Assembly: GCA_963806225.1 (NCBI GenBank)
Contig: CAWDXG010000004.1
Location: 2,208,001 to 2,272,000, forward strand
Source: an uncultured delta proteobacterium
Lineage (GTDB): Bacteria; Myxococcota_A; Polyangia; Polyangiales; Polyangiaceae
Direction of reading: 5' to 3'
DNA: 64,000 bases
Shown: in pieces, positions 10,450-22,200 of the stretch
Layout of the letters: the number at the start of each line of letters is the position of its first letter
How positions within the stretch are numbered: the first letter of the stretch is position 1
Notes under the pieces: generated by a model
What the model was told of the DNA's origin: nothing
The model's database searches: none
The model's input: only the letters and a program-made list of their open reading frames with translations
Made by a program: the position numbers and the translations under genes

Positions 10450-11655
10450 TCAGGCGACAACGCCGCTCTGGCGGAGCGCCGCGATGCGCTCCTTGTCGAG
10501 GCCGAGCTCGCCTAGCACGGCGCTGGTGTGCTCGCCGTAGGCGGGGGCGAACGGCAGCTCGCCGCCCACGGCGTCGAGGTGGGGCGTGCGCGCGCCGGGG
10601 GGCGGCAGGCGGATGCGCCGCCCATCGGGCGCCATGGTTGAAAGCAGCGCGCCCTTCAGGAAGTCGAGCTCCATCACCTGCTCGATGGGCGTGATGGGCG
10701 CGTGGGGAATGCTCGCTTTGGCCAGCGCGCGGCTCACCGCCTCCGTCGGCAACCGGCGCGTGATGTCCGCGATATCCCGGTGCAGCTTGTCCTTGCCGGC
10801 GCGGCGCCCTTCGTTGGTGGCAAGCTCGGGCTTGCCCAGCGAGGCGAGCTCGGGCTGCTCGATCAGGCGCGCCCACTGCGCGTCGGAGCCCACGGCCATG
10901 TAGATGAAGCCGTCTGCAGTCGGATAGGCGTTGGTCGGGATGAACTGCCGGTGCTGGTTGCCGCTGCGCTTGAGCTCGGAGGGTGGGCTGCCCATGTCGA
11001 GCATGGGCAGGAACGTCATCAGCCAGCTCGTTGCGACCTGCGCCATCGAGATGTCGATGACGCGGCCCTGGCCGCTGTCCTTCTGCTCCAGAAGCGCGAG
11101 CAGCACCTGCGCGAACGCCTCGTCGCCGGCCTTCAGGTCGATGATCGGCGGGCCGCACTGCATCGGCGGGCCGTCGGGCTCGCCGGTGAGGTCCATGTAG
11201 CCGCACAGAGCCTGCAGCACCGGATCGTAGCCGGGCACCTCGGGATAGGCGAGCCCCTGCGCCGAGATGCAACACCAGACCAGCTCCGGCCGCTTCGCCG
11301 ACAGCGTCTCGAAATCGAGACCGAGAGCGGCGTGCCGCTTCGGCAGCGTGTTCGTGCAGAAGACGTCGACCTCGAGCTCCTCGACCAGGCGGCGGAGCAA
11401 CTCGCGTCCCTCGGCCTGCTTGAGATCGAGCGCGATCGCCTCCTTGCCGACGTTTGGCGCGACGAAGTAGCTGTGACGGTCCTCCCCGGCGACTTCGCGA
11501 CCGATGTAGCGATTCGGATCGCCCTTCGAGCGGCGGCCGGCCGCGGGCGTGGGTTCAGCGCGGATCACGCGCCATCCGAGCTGCGCGAAGCGCGAGGTCG
11601 CGTAGCTCATGCTGAGCGCCTGCTCGACCGACAGCACAACGGGACGGCGTTTCAT
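10450..11655 (-). CDS. Family III (CaiB/BaiF) CoA-transferase
   Basis: NVGKEAIALDLK, PGYDPVLQA, PPIIDLKAG, GEHT. Confidence 0.9.
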   Translation of the reverse strand: MKRRPVVLSVEQALSMSYATSRFAQLGWRVIRAEPTPAAGRRSKGDPNRYIGREVAGEDRHSYFVAPNVGKEAIALDLKQAEGRELLRRLVEELEVDVFCTNTLPKRHAALGLDFETLSAKRPELVWCCISAQGLAYPEVPGYDPVLQALCGYMDLTGEPDGPPMQCGPPIIDLKAGDEAFAQVLLALLEQKDSGQGRVIDISMAQVATSWLMTFLPMLDMGSPPSELKRSGNQHRQFIPTNAYPTADGFIYMAVGSDAQWARLIEQPELASLGKPELATNEGRRAGKDKLHRDIADITRRLPTEAVSRALAKASIPHAPITPIEQVMELDFLKGALLSTMAPDGRRIRLPPPGARTPHLDAVGGELPFAPAYGEHTSAVLGELGLDKERIAALRQSGVVA

Positions 11656-11656
11656 C

Positions 11657-13254
11657 CTAGAACCTCACGGGCTCCTGGAAGCGCCCGAACACGCGCTCCA
11701 GCGCGCCGCACACCTCGCCCACGGTCGCGTACGCCTCGACCGCGTCCATCACGGCGGGCATCACGTTCTGGTCGCCGGACGCCGCCTTCTCGACTTCCCC
11801 GAGCGCGCGCTCGACGCGGCCGGCGTCGCGGCTTGAGCGGATCTCCTGCAGGCGCCGCATCTGGACCTCGGCTTCCTCGCGCCGATACGGATGGAACTCG
11901 ACCTCCTGCGCCTCCTCTTCCTCGACGAAGCAGTTCACGCCGACCTTCTTCACTTCCCCGCTCTGGATCTTCCGCTCCCGCTCGAAGGCCTGACGGTTCA
12001 CTTCGGCCTGCACGCGACCCTCGGAGACCGCCTCCACGATCCCGCCCTCGGCCTCCAGCTGACGGGTGATGGCTTCGATGCGGCTTTCCATCTCGTTCGT
12101 CATGCTCTCGATGAACCAGCTGCCGCCGAGCGGATCCACGGTGTCGCGTCAGCCCCATCTCGTGCATCAGGATCTGCATGGTGCGAAGCGAAAGCCGCGC
12201 TGCGTGCTCGCTCGGGATGGTGTATGCCTCGTCGTAGGAGCAGAGCGCCATCGTCTGCGTGCCGGAGAGCGCGCTGATCAGCGCGTAGTACGCGCCGCGC
12301 ACGATGTTGTTCTCGGGTTGTTGGATCGTGAGCCCGCCGCCGCCGCCGCCGGCGATCATGCGCATCTGCTGCGCGCGGGGCTCCGTCACGCCGAAGCGCT
12401 CCTTCATCATCCTGGCGTACAGGCGGCGCCCCGCGCGGAACTTCGCCACCTGCTCCCAGATGTTGCCGAAGATGTCGAAATTGAAGCTGAGGGTCTTTCC
12501 GATGGCGTTCACGTCCAGGCCACGTTCAAAGCCTCTTCGACGTAGGCGGCGGCGATCGCGAGGCCGTAGGCCATCTCCTGCGCCGGCGTCGCACCGGACT
12601 CGCGGATGTGGTAGCCGCACACGCTCACGGCGCTGTAGCGCGGTACGTTCCGGGCGCAGAACTCGATGGTGTCGGCGACGAGCCGCATGCTCGGCCCGAC
12701 CGGGTAGATCCACGTGCCGCGCCCGACGAACTCCTTGAGGATGTCGTTCTGCGCGGTGCCCCGGAGGCTCGCGAGCTCGAAGCCGCGCTTCTTCGCCATC
12801 GAGAAGTACATGGCCATGATCGGCACGGCCGCGCCGTTGATGGTGAGCGACACGGTGATGTCGTTCAGCGGAATATCGGCAAACGCCTCCTCCATGTCCG
12901 CGAGCGTATCGACGGCCATGCCGACGCGCCCGACCTCGCCGTCGGCCATCGGGTGATCCGAGTCGAGCCCGCACTGCGTCGGCAGATCGAAGGCGACGTT
13001 CAGCCCGGTGTTGCCGTTCTCGATCAGGTACAGGAACCGCTCGTGCGTCTCGCGCGCCGTGCCGAACCCGGAGTACTGGCGCATGGTCCAGGGGCGCTTG
13101 CGGTACATCTCCGGGTGGATGCCGCGGGTGAACGGGAACTCGCCGGGGCGGCCCACACCCTGCGCGCCGCCGCTCGCATCGAGATCACGCTCGGTATAGA
13201 GCGGCGCGACCTCGACGCCGCTCTCCCAGACAACGGGTTCCGGCTCCTTCTGCT

Positions 13255-13258
<4 letters not shown>
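11657..13258 (-). CDS. Adenosylcobalamin-dependent acyl-CoA mutase, substrate-binding subunit; apparent frameshifts near 12527 and 12147
   Basis: PFTRG, WTMRQYSGFG, AFDLPTQ, QNDILKE, GYHIRE, AKFRAGRR, YDEA and DPLGGS across three frames. Confidence 0.9.
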
Positions 13259-13649
<391 letters not shown>

Positions 13650-13653
<4 letters not shown>

Positions 13654-14768
13654 GACTTGAGCCCCTTTGCGATGTTGACGCGCAGGATCTCGCTCGTCCC
13701 TCCCCCGATCAAGACGAAGCGCACGTCTCTCAGGTAGCGCTGGACCGGGCTGTCGCTGGCGAAGCCGTAGCTCGCCAGCACGCGCGCGGCGCGGTCGCAG
13801 TTCTTCGCGGCCGTCTCGGAGGCGAAGAGCTTGGCCATCGACGCCTCGTTCGCGTTGGGCAGTCCCTGGTCGCTGCGCCACGCGGCCCACTGAACCAGCC
13901 GCCGCGCCGCCTCGAGCTCGGTCGCCATGTCGGCCAGATGCGCCTGCACGGCCTGGAACGAGTCGATGCTCCGACCGAACTGGCTGCGCTCGGCGGCGTA
14001 GGCGCGAGCGTCCTCATAGGCGGCGCGCCCGATGCCGAGCGCGAGCGCCGCCGTCATCACGCGGATCTCGGCCAGGATCTCCTTGAGGTACCGGGTACCC
14101 AGCTCCGGATCGCCGAGCATACAGGTGGCCGGCGTGCTCTCGAGAAACACCTCGCTCGTCAGCGATGCCCGCACGCCCATCTTTTCGATGCTGCGCCCGA
14201 TCGCAAGGCCGGGCGCGTCGCGCTCCACGAGGAACACCCCGAGCTGCTTTTCGCCGGTGCGCGCGAGCACGGTGAAGAAGTCCGCCACCGGCGCGGACGT
14301 GATCCACGTCTTCGCACCCGTGAGCCGATAGGTGTCGCCGTCGCGCTCCGCCCGGGTCTTCATTCCGAACAGATCGCTGCCCGCATCCGGCTCGGTCATG
14401 CAGATGGTGCCCACGGCTTCGCCGCGCATCGCCGGAACGAGGAGGCGCTCTTTTACGTCGTCCGGCGCGAAGCGCTGCACGAAGTAGGTGCCCATGAGCG
14501 ACTGCATCGTGCACGCGGCGGCGACGGCGAGGCTGCCCCAGGCGAGCTCTTCGACCGCCAGCACGTAGGTCTGGACGTCGGTGCCGCTGCCGAGCGGCGG
14601 CGGGTAGCGCATGCCGAAGAAGCCGAGCTCCCCCGCGCGCTGGAAGATCGCGCGCGGGAAGTCCGGCTGTTCGTCGAGCTTCCGGGCGAGCGGGCGGATC
14701 TCCTTCTCGGCGAAGGCGTGGAAGGTCGCCCGGATCTGCTCCTGCTCGGGGCTCGGCGAGAAATCCAT
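13650..14768 (-). CDS. Acyl-CoA dehydrogenase
   Basis: TEPDAGSD, GAKTWIT, RSQFGR, SMAKL, IGGGTSEI. Confidence 0.93.
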
Positions 14769-16531
14769 CAAGCGTTTCCCCGCTTGCGCATCGCCGTGCG
14801 CAGCTTTTCCGTCTCCGCGGCATCCAGCTCGAATGTTTCCGGATCGACGACGACGCCGTAGTGCTCGCGCGCGGCCTCGACGCTGACGATGCCGCCCTGG
14901 ACCTCCGCGCGGACCTTGTCGGCGGAACGCTCGTGCGCCGGACCGTAGCCGCCGCCGCCGCCGGCCTCCTGCAGGTAGAGAGTGCCGGGGGGACGTCGAC
15001 GACGAGATCCTTGCTGGTGGTGACGTAGCGCCTGCCGTCCGGATACTCGAGCTCGATGCGGTTCAGCGTCCCCTCGCCTCCGCCACGCAGCCCGAACGCC
15101 GGTTCGACGTCGCCGTCGCCGAAGGTGACGAGTTTCGTGCCGGTCCCGCCGACCCGATAGCGCGTGCGCACACCGAGCCCGCCTCGATAGCGGCCCGGGC
15201 CGGCCGAGTCCGTCAGGAATTCGTGCTCGATCAGCGTGTGGGGCGTCATCTGCTCGAACATCTCGTAGTCCTGATCGAGCACGCCGCCCGAGGCGTCGAT
15301 CATGCCGATATGGTCGTAGCCGTCGCAGTCGCTGGTGGCGCCGCTGCCACCCTTGAGGCCCATGAACAGGATGTCGACGTAGGTGTCGTCCTTCCTGGGA
15401 TCCTCTCCAGTCGAAAGCGAACACAACAGCTGGTTCCAACCCGCGGTCACCCGCTCCGGAATCACCGGCGCCAGCGCGCGGATGATCGCGTCGGCATTGG
15501 GCGGGCACAGATGGTTGCCGAATGTGGTCGCCGCCGGATACGAGGCATTGAGCAGCGTGCCCTCGGGAATGACGATGTCGATGGGCGCGATCATGCCGTG
15601 GTTATGCGGGATGTCGGGGTTCACCATCTGCAAAAAGGTCAGGATCGTGGCCGAGGCGCTGGACGTGTAGGTGCCGTTGACGAAGCCGTTGGTCTGCGCG
15701 TCGGTCTTCGAGTAGTCGAACCTGACGTGATCGCCGTCGACGGTGATCTCGACCCGGATCACGTACTTCGACCCAGGGTTCTTTCCGTCGAAGTAGACGT
15801 TGGCCTCGCCCTGGTAGACGCCGTCGGGGATGGAGCGGATCTCCGCCTCCATCATCCTCGACGTGGAATCGAACAGCGCCTGCTTGTGCGCTTCGAAGCG
15901 CTCGAGCCCGTACTTGGCGATCAGCGCCAGGAGCCGCCGCTCGCCGACGGTGCAGCTGCCGATCTCGGCGCGCATGTCCTCCTGCACCACGTCGAGGCGG
16001 ATGTTAGCGAAGATCAGATCCCAGAACGTCCTTGCGCAGCTTGCCGCGCTCGATGACCTTCACCGCAGGGATGCGCAACGCCTCCTGCCAGACCTCGGTC
16101 GCCTGCGGATTGTAGCCACCGCGCACGTTGCCACCGATGTCCGCCTGATGGCCCTTGCACGCCGCCCAGCCCACCAGCGTGTCGCCGTGGAAGATGGGCT
16201 TGAACGCCGCCACGTCGTTGTTCTGGTTGCCGAGCGAGAACACGTCGTTGTGGAAGAACACGTCGCCCGGGTACACGTCGCCGGAAAACTGCCTGGCGAT
16301 GTGCTGGCACACCGGACTGAGCGAAAAGCTCAGGATCGGCAGGTTCTCGGTCTGTTCCAGCATGCGGCCTTCGGCGTCATACAGGCCGGTCACGAAATCG
16401 CGTGCTTCACACAGGATGGGCGAGCGCGCCGTCTGCTCCAGACTGAGACTCATCTCGTCCGTGATGGCGCGGAGCGCCCGACCGACGATGGAGACCAGAA
16501 CAGGGTCGACCTGGAGTTCCGACGTGTTCAT
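14768..16531 (-). CDS. Hydantoinase B/oxoprolinase family subunit; apparent frameshifts near 16026 and 14990
   Basis: TARSPILCEARDF, PGDVFFHND, GHQADIGG, DSAGPGRYRGGLG and AGGGGGYG across three frames. Confidence 0.88.
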
Positions 16532-18609
16532 GACGCACCTCCCACGCGCGAAAGCACGCAGGTTGCATGTTCGTCCACGGTGGCGCGGTAGGCAGCGCTC
16601 ACGAAGAGCGTGGTGTCCGTCCGCTCGATCAACGCCGGGCCCGCGACCGCGCTGCCGGCCAGCAGCTTGTGCCCGTCGTAGACCGGGATCTCCTCGAAGC
16701 TATCGTGCTCGGGCACGAACGCGCGGCGGCGTCCCTTCAGCGCGGCGCCCGGGTCGCTGTCGCCGCTCCCGCACCGCGGCAGGGGCGGCTTGTCCACCGT
16801 GCCGACGGAGCGAACGCGCACGTTGATGATCTCGAGGCGCGTACCTTCCTGGGACAGCTCGTAGCCGTAGAGTCGATCGTGCTCGGCGTGGAACGCCTGG
16901 GCAATCGTCTCCCAATCGGCGTTTTTCACGGCCGCGCGCGGCACCGGCACGGTGACCTCGTGGTACTGCTTGAGATAGCGCAGGTCGAGCGACACCTGGT
17001 GGCCGATGCGCTCGCCCGGCACGCCCTCCTGCTCGAGAAGCGCCTGTCCTTCGGCTTCAAGTCCGCTCACGACGCTTTCGAGACGATCGGGGCCGAGCGC
17101 ATCCACCGGCGACACGAGCGAGCGGGCGAAGTCGTGGGCGAGATCCGTCATCAGCATGCCTGCGGCACACAGGACGGAGGCGAAAGCCGGCACGACTACC
17201 GTCGGGATCTCGAGCTCTGCCGCGATCATGCAGGCGTGGACCGAACCTGCGCCGCCGGCCACCACGAGCGGAAACTCGCGGGGGTCGAGCCCGCGCCTCA
17301 CCGTGATCTCGCGCACGCCGTGGGCCATGTTCGTGTTGATGACGCGGTACATCCCGACCGCAGCGCGCTCCACGTCGAGGCCGAGCGGTTTCGCGATGTC
17401 GGTTTCGACGGCGCGCCTTGCTGCCTCCGCGTCGAGCTTCATTCCGCCGCCGGCGAAGTAGCCCGGGTCGAGATAGCCGAGCAGGATGTTGGCGTCGGTA
17501 CAGGTCGGGCGCTGTCCGCCGCGGCCGTAGCAGGCCGGGCCGGGATCGGCTCCCGCGCTTTCAGGGCCCATGCGCAGGAGCCCCCCCGAATCGATGTGCC
17601 CGATGCTGCCGCCCCCGGCGCCAATGGTTGCGATGTCGAGCATGGGCAGCGCGGTGCGCAGCCGGCCGATCTCGCCGTCCGCGCGGAGCTCCAGCTTTCC
17701 CTTCTGCACGAGCGAAGCGTCGAAGCTGGTTCCACCCATGTCTACAAGCAGACAACCGTCGTGCCCGAGCGCGCGCGTGACCGCGACGGCAGCGTTCGGG
17801 CCGCCCGCAGGACCGGACAGCAGCGTCGTCGCGGGCCGCTTCGCCGTTGCCTCGGGCAATGCCACGCCACCGCTGGATTGCATGATCAGGAGCACACCGC
17901 TGAAGCCCGCGCCCGAAAGGCGTCGGGTGAGGCTCGAGAGATAGCGATCCAGCACCGGGCCCGAATAGGCATTGAGCACGGTTGTGGAGACGCGGTTGTA
18001 GAAACGGATGGTCGGCAGAAGCTCGGTCGACACGCTGACGAACGCTTCGGGCATCTCCTCGCGGACGATCTCCGCCGCGGCAAGCTCGTGCGCGGGATTC
18101 GCGAAGGAGTTCAAGAAGCAGATGGCGACAGCTGCGACGTCGGCTTTCTTCAAGGTCCGGATCGCATCGCGAACGTCATCGAGCTCGATGGGTTGCGCTT
18201 CCTCGCCGCGCCAGTCGACGCGCTCGTGGACCGGTAGCCGCAACCAGCGCGGTACCAGCGGCTCCACGTTCTGGTAGCGGTTGTCGTACTGCTTCTCGCG
18301 GATGCCACGCCGCATCTCGAGCGCGTCGCGCACGCCGGCCGTCGTGAGCAATCCGGTGCGGGCGCCCCGGCGCGTCAGCACGGCATTGGTGGTCACCGTC
18401 GTCCCGTGAACGATGGTGGAGAGGTCGTCGATAAAATCGCGAGCCGGAACTCCCTTCGCCCGGGCGATGGTTTCGAGCCCTTCGAGCACGCCGATCGACG
18501 GATCCTGCGGCGTCGACAGCACCTTGAAGGTTTCGACTTCACCACCGGCCGCGAGGAACAGGTCGGTGAACGTGCCGCCGACGTCGATTCCCAGCTTGTA
18601 GCGACTCAT
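16528..18609 (-). CDS. Hydantoinase A/oxoprolinase family ATP-dependent subunit
   Basis: GIDVGGTFTD, HGTTVTTNA, SGPAGG, DMGGTSFD, IGAGGGSI, SAGADPGPACY. ATG 18609. Confidence 0.95.
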   Translation of the reverse strand: MSRYKLGIDVGGTFTDLFLAAGGEVETFKVLSTPQDPSIGVLEGLETIARAKGVPARDFIDDLSTIVHGTTVTTNAVLTRRGARTGLLTTAGVRDALEMRRGIREKQYDNRYQNVEPLVPRWLRLPVHERVDWRGEEAQPIELDDVRDAIRTLKKADVAAVAICFLNSFANPAHELAAAEIVREEMPEAFVSVSTELLPTIRFYNRVSTTVLNAYSGPVLDRYLSSLTRRLSGAGFSGVLLIMQSSGGVALPEATAKRPATTLLSGPAGGPNAAVAVTRALGHDGCLLVDMGGTSFDASLVQKGKLELRADGEIGRLRTALPMLDIATIGAGGGSIGHIDSGGLLRMGPESAGADPGPACYGRGGQRPTCTDANILLGYLDPGYFAGGGMKLDAEAARRAVETDIAKPLGLDVERAAVGMYRVINTNMAHGVREITVRRGLDPREFPLVVAGGAGSVHACMIAAELEIPTVVVPAFASVLCAAGMLMTDLAHDFARSLVSPVDALGPDRLESVVSGLEAEGQALLEQEGVPGERIGHQVSLDLRYLKQYHEVTVPVPRAAVKNADWETIAQAFHAEHDRLYGYELSQEGTRLEIINVRVRSVGTVDKPPLPRCGSGDSDPGAALKGRRRAFVPEHDSFEEIPVYDGHKLLAGSAVAGPALIERTDTTLFVSAAYRATVDEHATCVLSRVGGAS

Positions 18610-19229
18610 TGCGACGCTTCCTCCTGCATATGACCCGGGCTGGTGCAGCCGAGCCCGAGATCGAAAGCGCGACGGTTCGCCGCGAGATACGCTGGCGAGC
18701 AGCGGCTTTCGAGAGCCTGGAGCATGGCTTCCGGGGAAAACGGCAGAACGCCCAGCCCCGCCAGTGCGCCCAGCAGGACCGCGTTCAGCGAACGGTTCGC
18801 GCCGGCGCGCTTCGCCAGCGCCGGGCCGTCCACCGTCACCACTCCGCGCGCGCGCTCGCGGAGCTGTCGTTCGATGTCCGGGAGCGACGGATAGCTCGCG
18901 GCGCCGAGTGTCACCGTCTTCGGGACGATGCCCACGGTACTGGTGACGACCAGTGTCCGCGGGCCGATGGCCGAAGCCGCGCGCAGTGTCTCCAGCGGCT
19001 CGAAGCCGAGCAGTACGTCCACGGTGTCGCCGACGATGTACGACGTCTGCACGTCGCCGAGACGCACGCTGCACTCCACGCTCCCCCCGCGCTGCGACAT
19101 GCCGTGGAGCTGCCCGACCGCGACGGGGTGGTTTGCGGAGTGGGCGGCGTTGGCCAGCACCTTCGCTGCTGTCAAGACGCCCTGTCCACCTACGCCCACG
19201 ACCAGAAGCTGCATGCCGCGCGTGCTCAT
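18606..19229 (-). CDS. iorB: Indolepyruvate oxidoreductase beta subunit
   Basis: VGVGGQGVL, HGMSQRGGSV, FEPLETLR, NAVLLGAL. ATG 19229. Confidence 0.9.
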   Translation of the reverse strand: MSTRGMQLLVVGVGGQGVLTAAKVLANAAHSANHPVAVGQLHGMSQRGGSVECSVRLGDVQTSYIVGDTVDVLLGFEPLETLRAASAIGPRTLVVTSTVGIVPKTVTLGAASYPSLPDIERQLRERARGVVTVDGPALAKRAGANRSLNAVLLGALAGLGVLPFSPEAMLQALESRCSPAYLAANRRAFDLGLGCTSPGHMQEEASQ

Positions 19230-22200
19230 CTGGGGCTCCTGGCGACGATGGCACCGTTCGAGCACGCCGAGAGGCACACGCCGCAGGATGCGCAGAGCGA
19301 CGCGTCGATCTCGACGTGGCGTCCGGCGAGCACCAGCGCCGGGCAGCCCTGCGTGTCGATGCAGGCGCGGCAGTTGCCGCACAAGCCGCACATCAGGCAA
19401 CGACGGGCCTCCGCGCGTGCCTCGCTTTCCGATGCACAGGCGTGACGGGGCTCGACGGGCGCCCGCATCCGCGCGCCGGGCAGCGGCACGCTTCCCGGTA
19501 CAGGAGGTGGGGCCCGCCGCGACGCCTCCTGCACGCCGCGCAGCGCTCGATCGATGCCCCACGCTGCGCGAAGACCGGCGCCCATGGCTCCGGTCACCGT
19601 GTGAGACCCGGCCACGATGTCGCCACCGGCAAACACGCGCGGATGGCTGGTTTTTCCGCTGACCGGATCCGCTGCGATCAAGCCGTCGTCCGTGCGGTCG
19701 AGCTCCACACCGGCGAGCGCCGCGTCGGAGTCGGGCGCCTGCCCGATGGCGAGGATGATCTGATCGGCGGGCACCCGGAGCTGCTCTCCCCCGGCAATCG
19801 GCTCTACGACGAGCGCGCCTCGTTCAGCGCGAATCGGCCGCACGCCGGCGTGGATCGCCACCGCGTCGCGCTCCGCAGCGGCGATCTCCTCGCGCAGGGC
19901 GGGCATCGCCTCGCGTTGTTCGACGCAGGCAATGGCAACCTGCACCGCCCCGGCGCGGAGCGCGCTCCGCGCCGCATCGACGGCCGCATTGCCTCCGCCC
20001 ACGACGACGACGCGCTGGGCGGTCCGCGGCCTGGCACCGCCGGCGAGCGCGCGCAGGTACTCGAGCGCGGTGGTCGTCGTGTCCGGGTCGCCGCCCTCGA
20101 TCGCCATGGTGAGCGCCCGACCCGCACCAATGGCGAGATACACGGCGTCGTGCTCCTCGAGCAGCTTCGCGAGCTCCACCTCGCGCCCGAGCCGCACGCC
20201 GCCCTGGAACCGCACGCCGGAGTCGAGGACGCGTGCGATGTCGCGCTCGGCGGCTTCGCGCGGCAGCCGATACGTCGGGATACCGTGCGTCAGCAGCCCC
20301 CCGGCGCGTTCGGCGGCGTCGAGCAGCGTGACTGCATAGCCGCGCTGCCGGAGGTCGTAGGCCGCGGAGAGCCCCGATGGGCCCGCGCCCACTACTGCCA
20401 CACTCCTGCCATTTTCGGGAGCGGGCTCGGGACGCAGGAGATCCGGCCGCTCGCGCTCCGCCCACTCGACAACGAAGCGCTTCAGCTCGTTGGCCGCTAC
20501 CGGCTCATCGAGGTCGCGACGCACACACACGTCCTCGCACGGCTTGTCGCACACGCGGCACACGGACGACGGCAGCACGGTCCGCTCGAGCACGTGCCCG
20601 AGCGCTTCGGCGTATTCGCCCGCAGCGATGTGCCCCGCATAGCCCTGGATGCAGAGCGAAAGCGGACAGCGCGTCGCGCAAGGGGCTACCTCGGGCGCCG
20701 GTTCCCTACGCTTGCGAGTGGCCGCGACGCGCGCCAGATTCCGCTCGAATCCCGCCGTCAACGGCTGCCGACAGCGCAGACCGAGCGCTTCGCGCCCGCA
20801 GGATCGGCATGCGGTCTGGTCGATCGCGACTGTCGGCTCCGGTCGCGGAGCGCCCGACCGGGCCAGATGCACCGGACATGTCCGCCGTACGACAACCACG
20901 GCGGGGCCCTCCACATGGCGCGCGCGTTTGAACGCGGCGATGCTCTCGGCCACTTCATACGGATCGATCGTCTCGATGTGCTTCACGCCGAGGGCGCGCG
21001 CCACGTCCTCGATGATGGGCATACCGCCCGGAGCCGGCGCTGTCTGGAAACCGGTCATGGCCGTGACCTGGTTGTCCAGCACGACCGCAACCATGTTCAC
21101 GTTCTCCTTGACCGCGTCGAGGAGCGCCGGCATCCCCGCGTGGAAGAACGTCGAGTCGCCCATGAAGCCGACCGTACGTTGACCGGTGACGCGACTCACC
21201 CCGGCGGCCAGCGAGAAGCCGGCCCCCATGCACAGAAGAGCGTCGGCGGTGTGGAGCGGCGCGCCGTAGCCGAGCGTGTAGCAGCCGATGTCGTTGAAGT
21301 AGAGTTGCTCATCGCCGAACGCGGCGCGGGCCGCGAAGAACGCCGCACGATGTGGACATGCCGGGCACAAGGACGGAGGGCGCGGCGCGAGCGCGAGCGG
21401 CTTCGGGTCGGGACCGGGATCGCGACCGAGTCCGAGCGCCCCGTGGAGTCCGCGCTGTATCACGCGCGGCGAGTATTCGAACTCCTCGGGGAAATGCCGG
21501 GACAGCTTGCCCAGGATCTCCACGCCGAGCCCATGCCGCGCCACGAGCGACAGCAGTGCGTTTTCCAGGTACGGCGAGAGCTCTTCGACGACCAGCACCC
21601 GTTCGACTCCGCGCAGCGCTTCCACTAGCTCGGCTTCCGGAAGCGGGTAGGCAATGCCGAGCGACCAGAGCGCGACATCGCTCTCCAGGCCGAGCTCCGC
21701 GAGCACGTCCGCGGTGGTGGCGGCGGGCGCGCCGCTCGCGAGCACCACGGTCGAGCCGCGCCCCCGACAGCGGAAGAAGCCGGACCCGGCCAGCCAGGTG
21801 CGCGCCAGCTCCACGTGCTGCTCGAGCTCGATGCGCATCCGGCGGGCGTTGACCGGGATCGGCACCTTGCCCGCGGGATCACGCGTGAATCCGCCGACCC
21901 GCGGCGCGGTCAGCTCACCGCACTCGATCGTCGCGCTCGAATGGGCGACGCGCGTTGTTGTCCGCAGCAGAACCGGCAACCGGCAGTGCTCGGAAAGCTC
22001 GAACGCGGCCCGCGTCATCGCGTGCGCTTCAGCGGGAGTGGCCGGATCGAGCACCGGGATGTGCAGCATCGGGCCGAGATGCCGCTGGTCGTGCTCGTTG
22101 GGGCTGGTGCGGCACGAAGGGTCGCCGGCGCTCACGATCACCATGCCGCCTACGACGCCGACGTAGGGAATGGTCGAGAGCGGATCACCCGCGACCATCA

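Noticed and set aside
9095..11275. 726-aa ORF as a large 2Fe-2S fusion; likewise the long 5' extensions of 16528-19254, 29271-31277 and 51575-54286
   Set aside because: The upstream parts are off-frame readings of adjacent genes; internal ATGs next to the previous stop give the normal proteins.
18953..21628. 891-aa plus-strand ORF, and similar ones at 26662-28959, 24896-27673 and 56752-59217
   Set aside because: Arg/Ala/Pro-rich shadow frames overlapping motif-supported genes. Only the last 241 aa of 24896-27673 look real.
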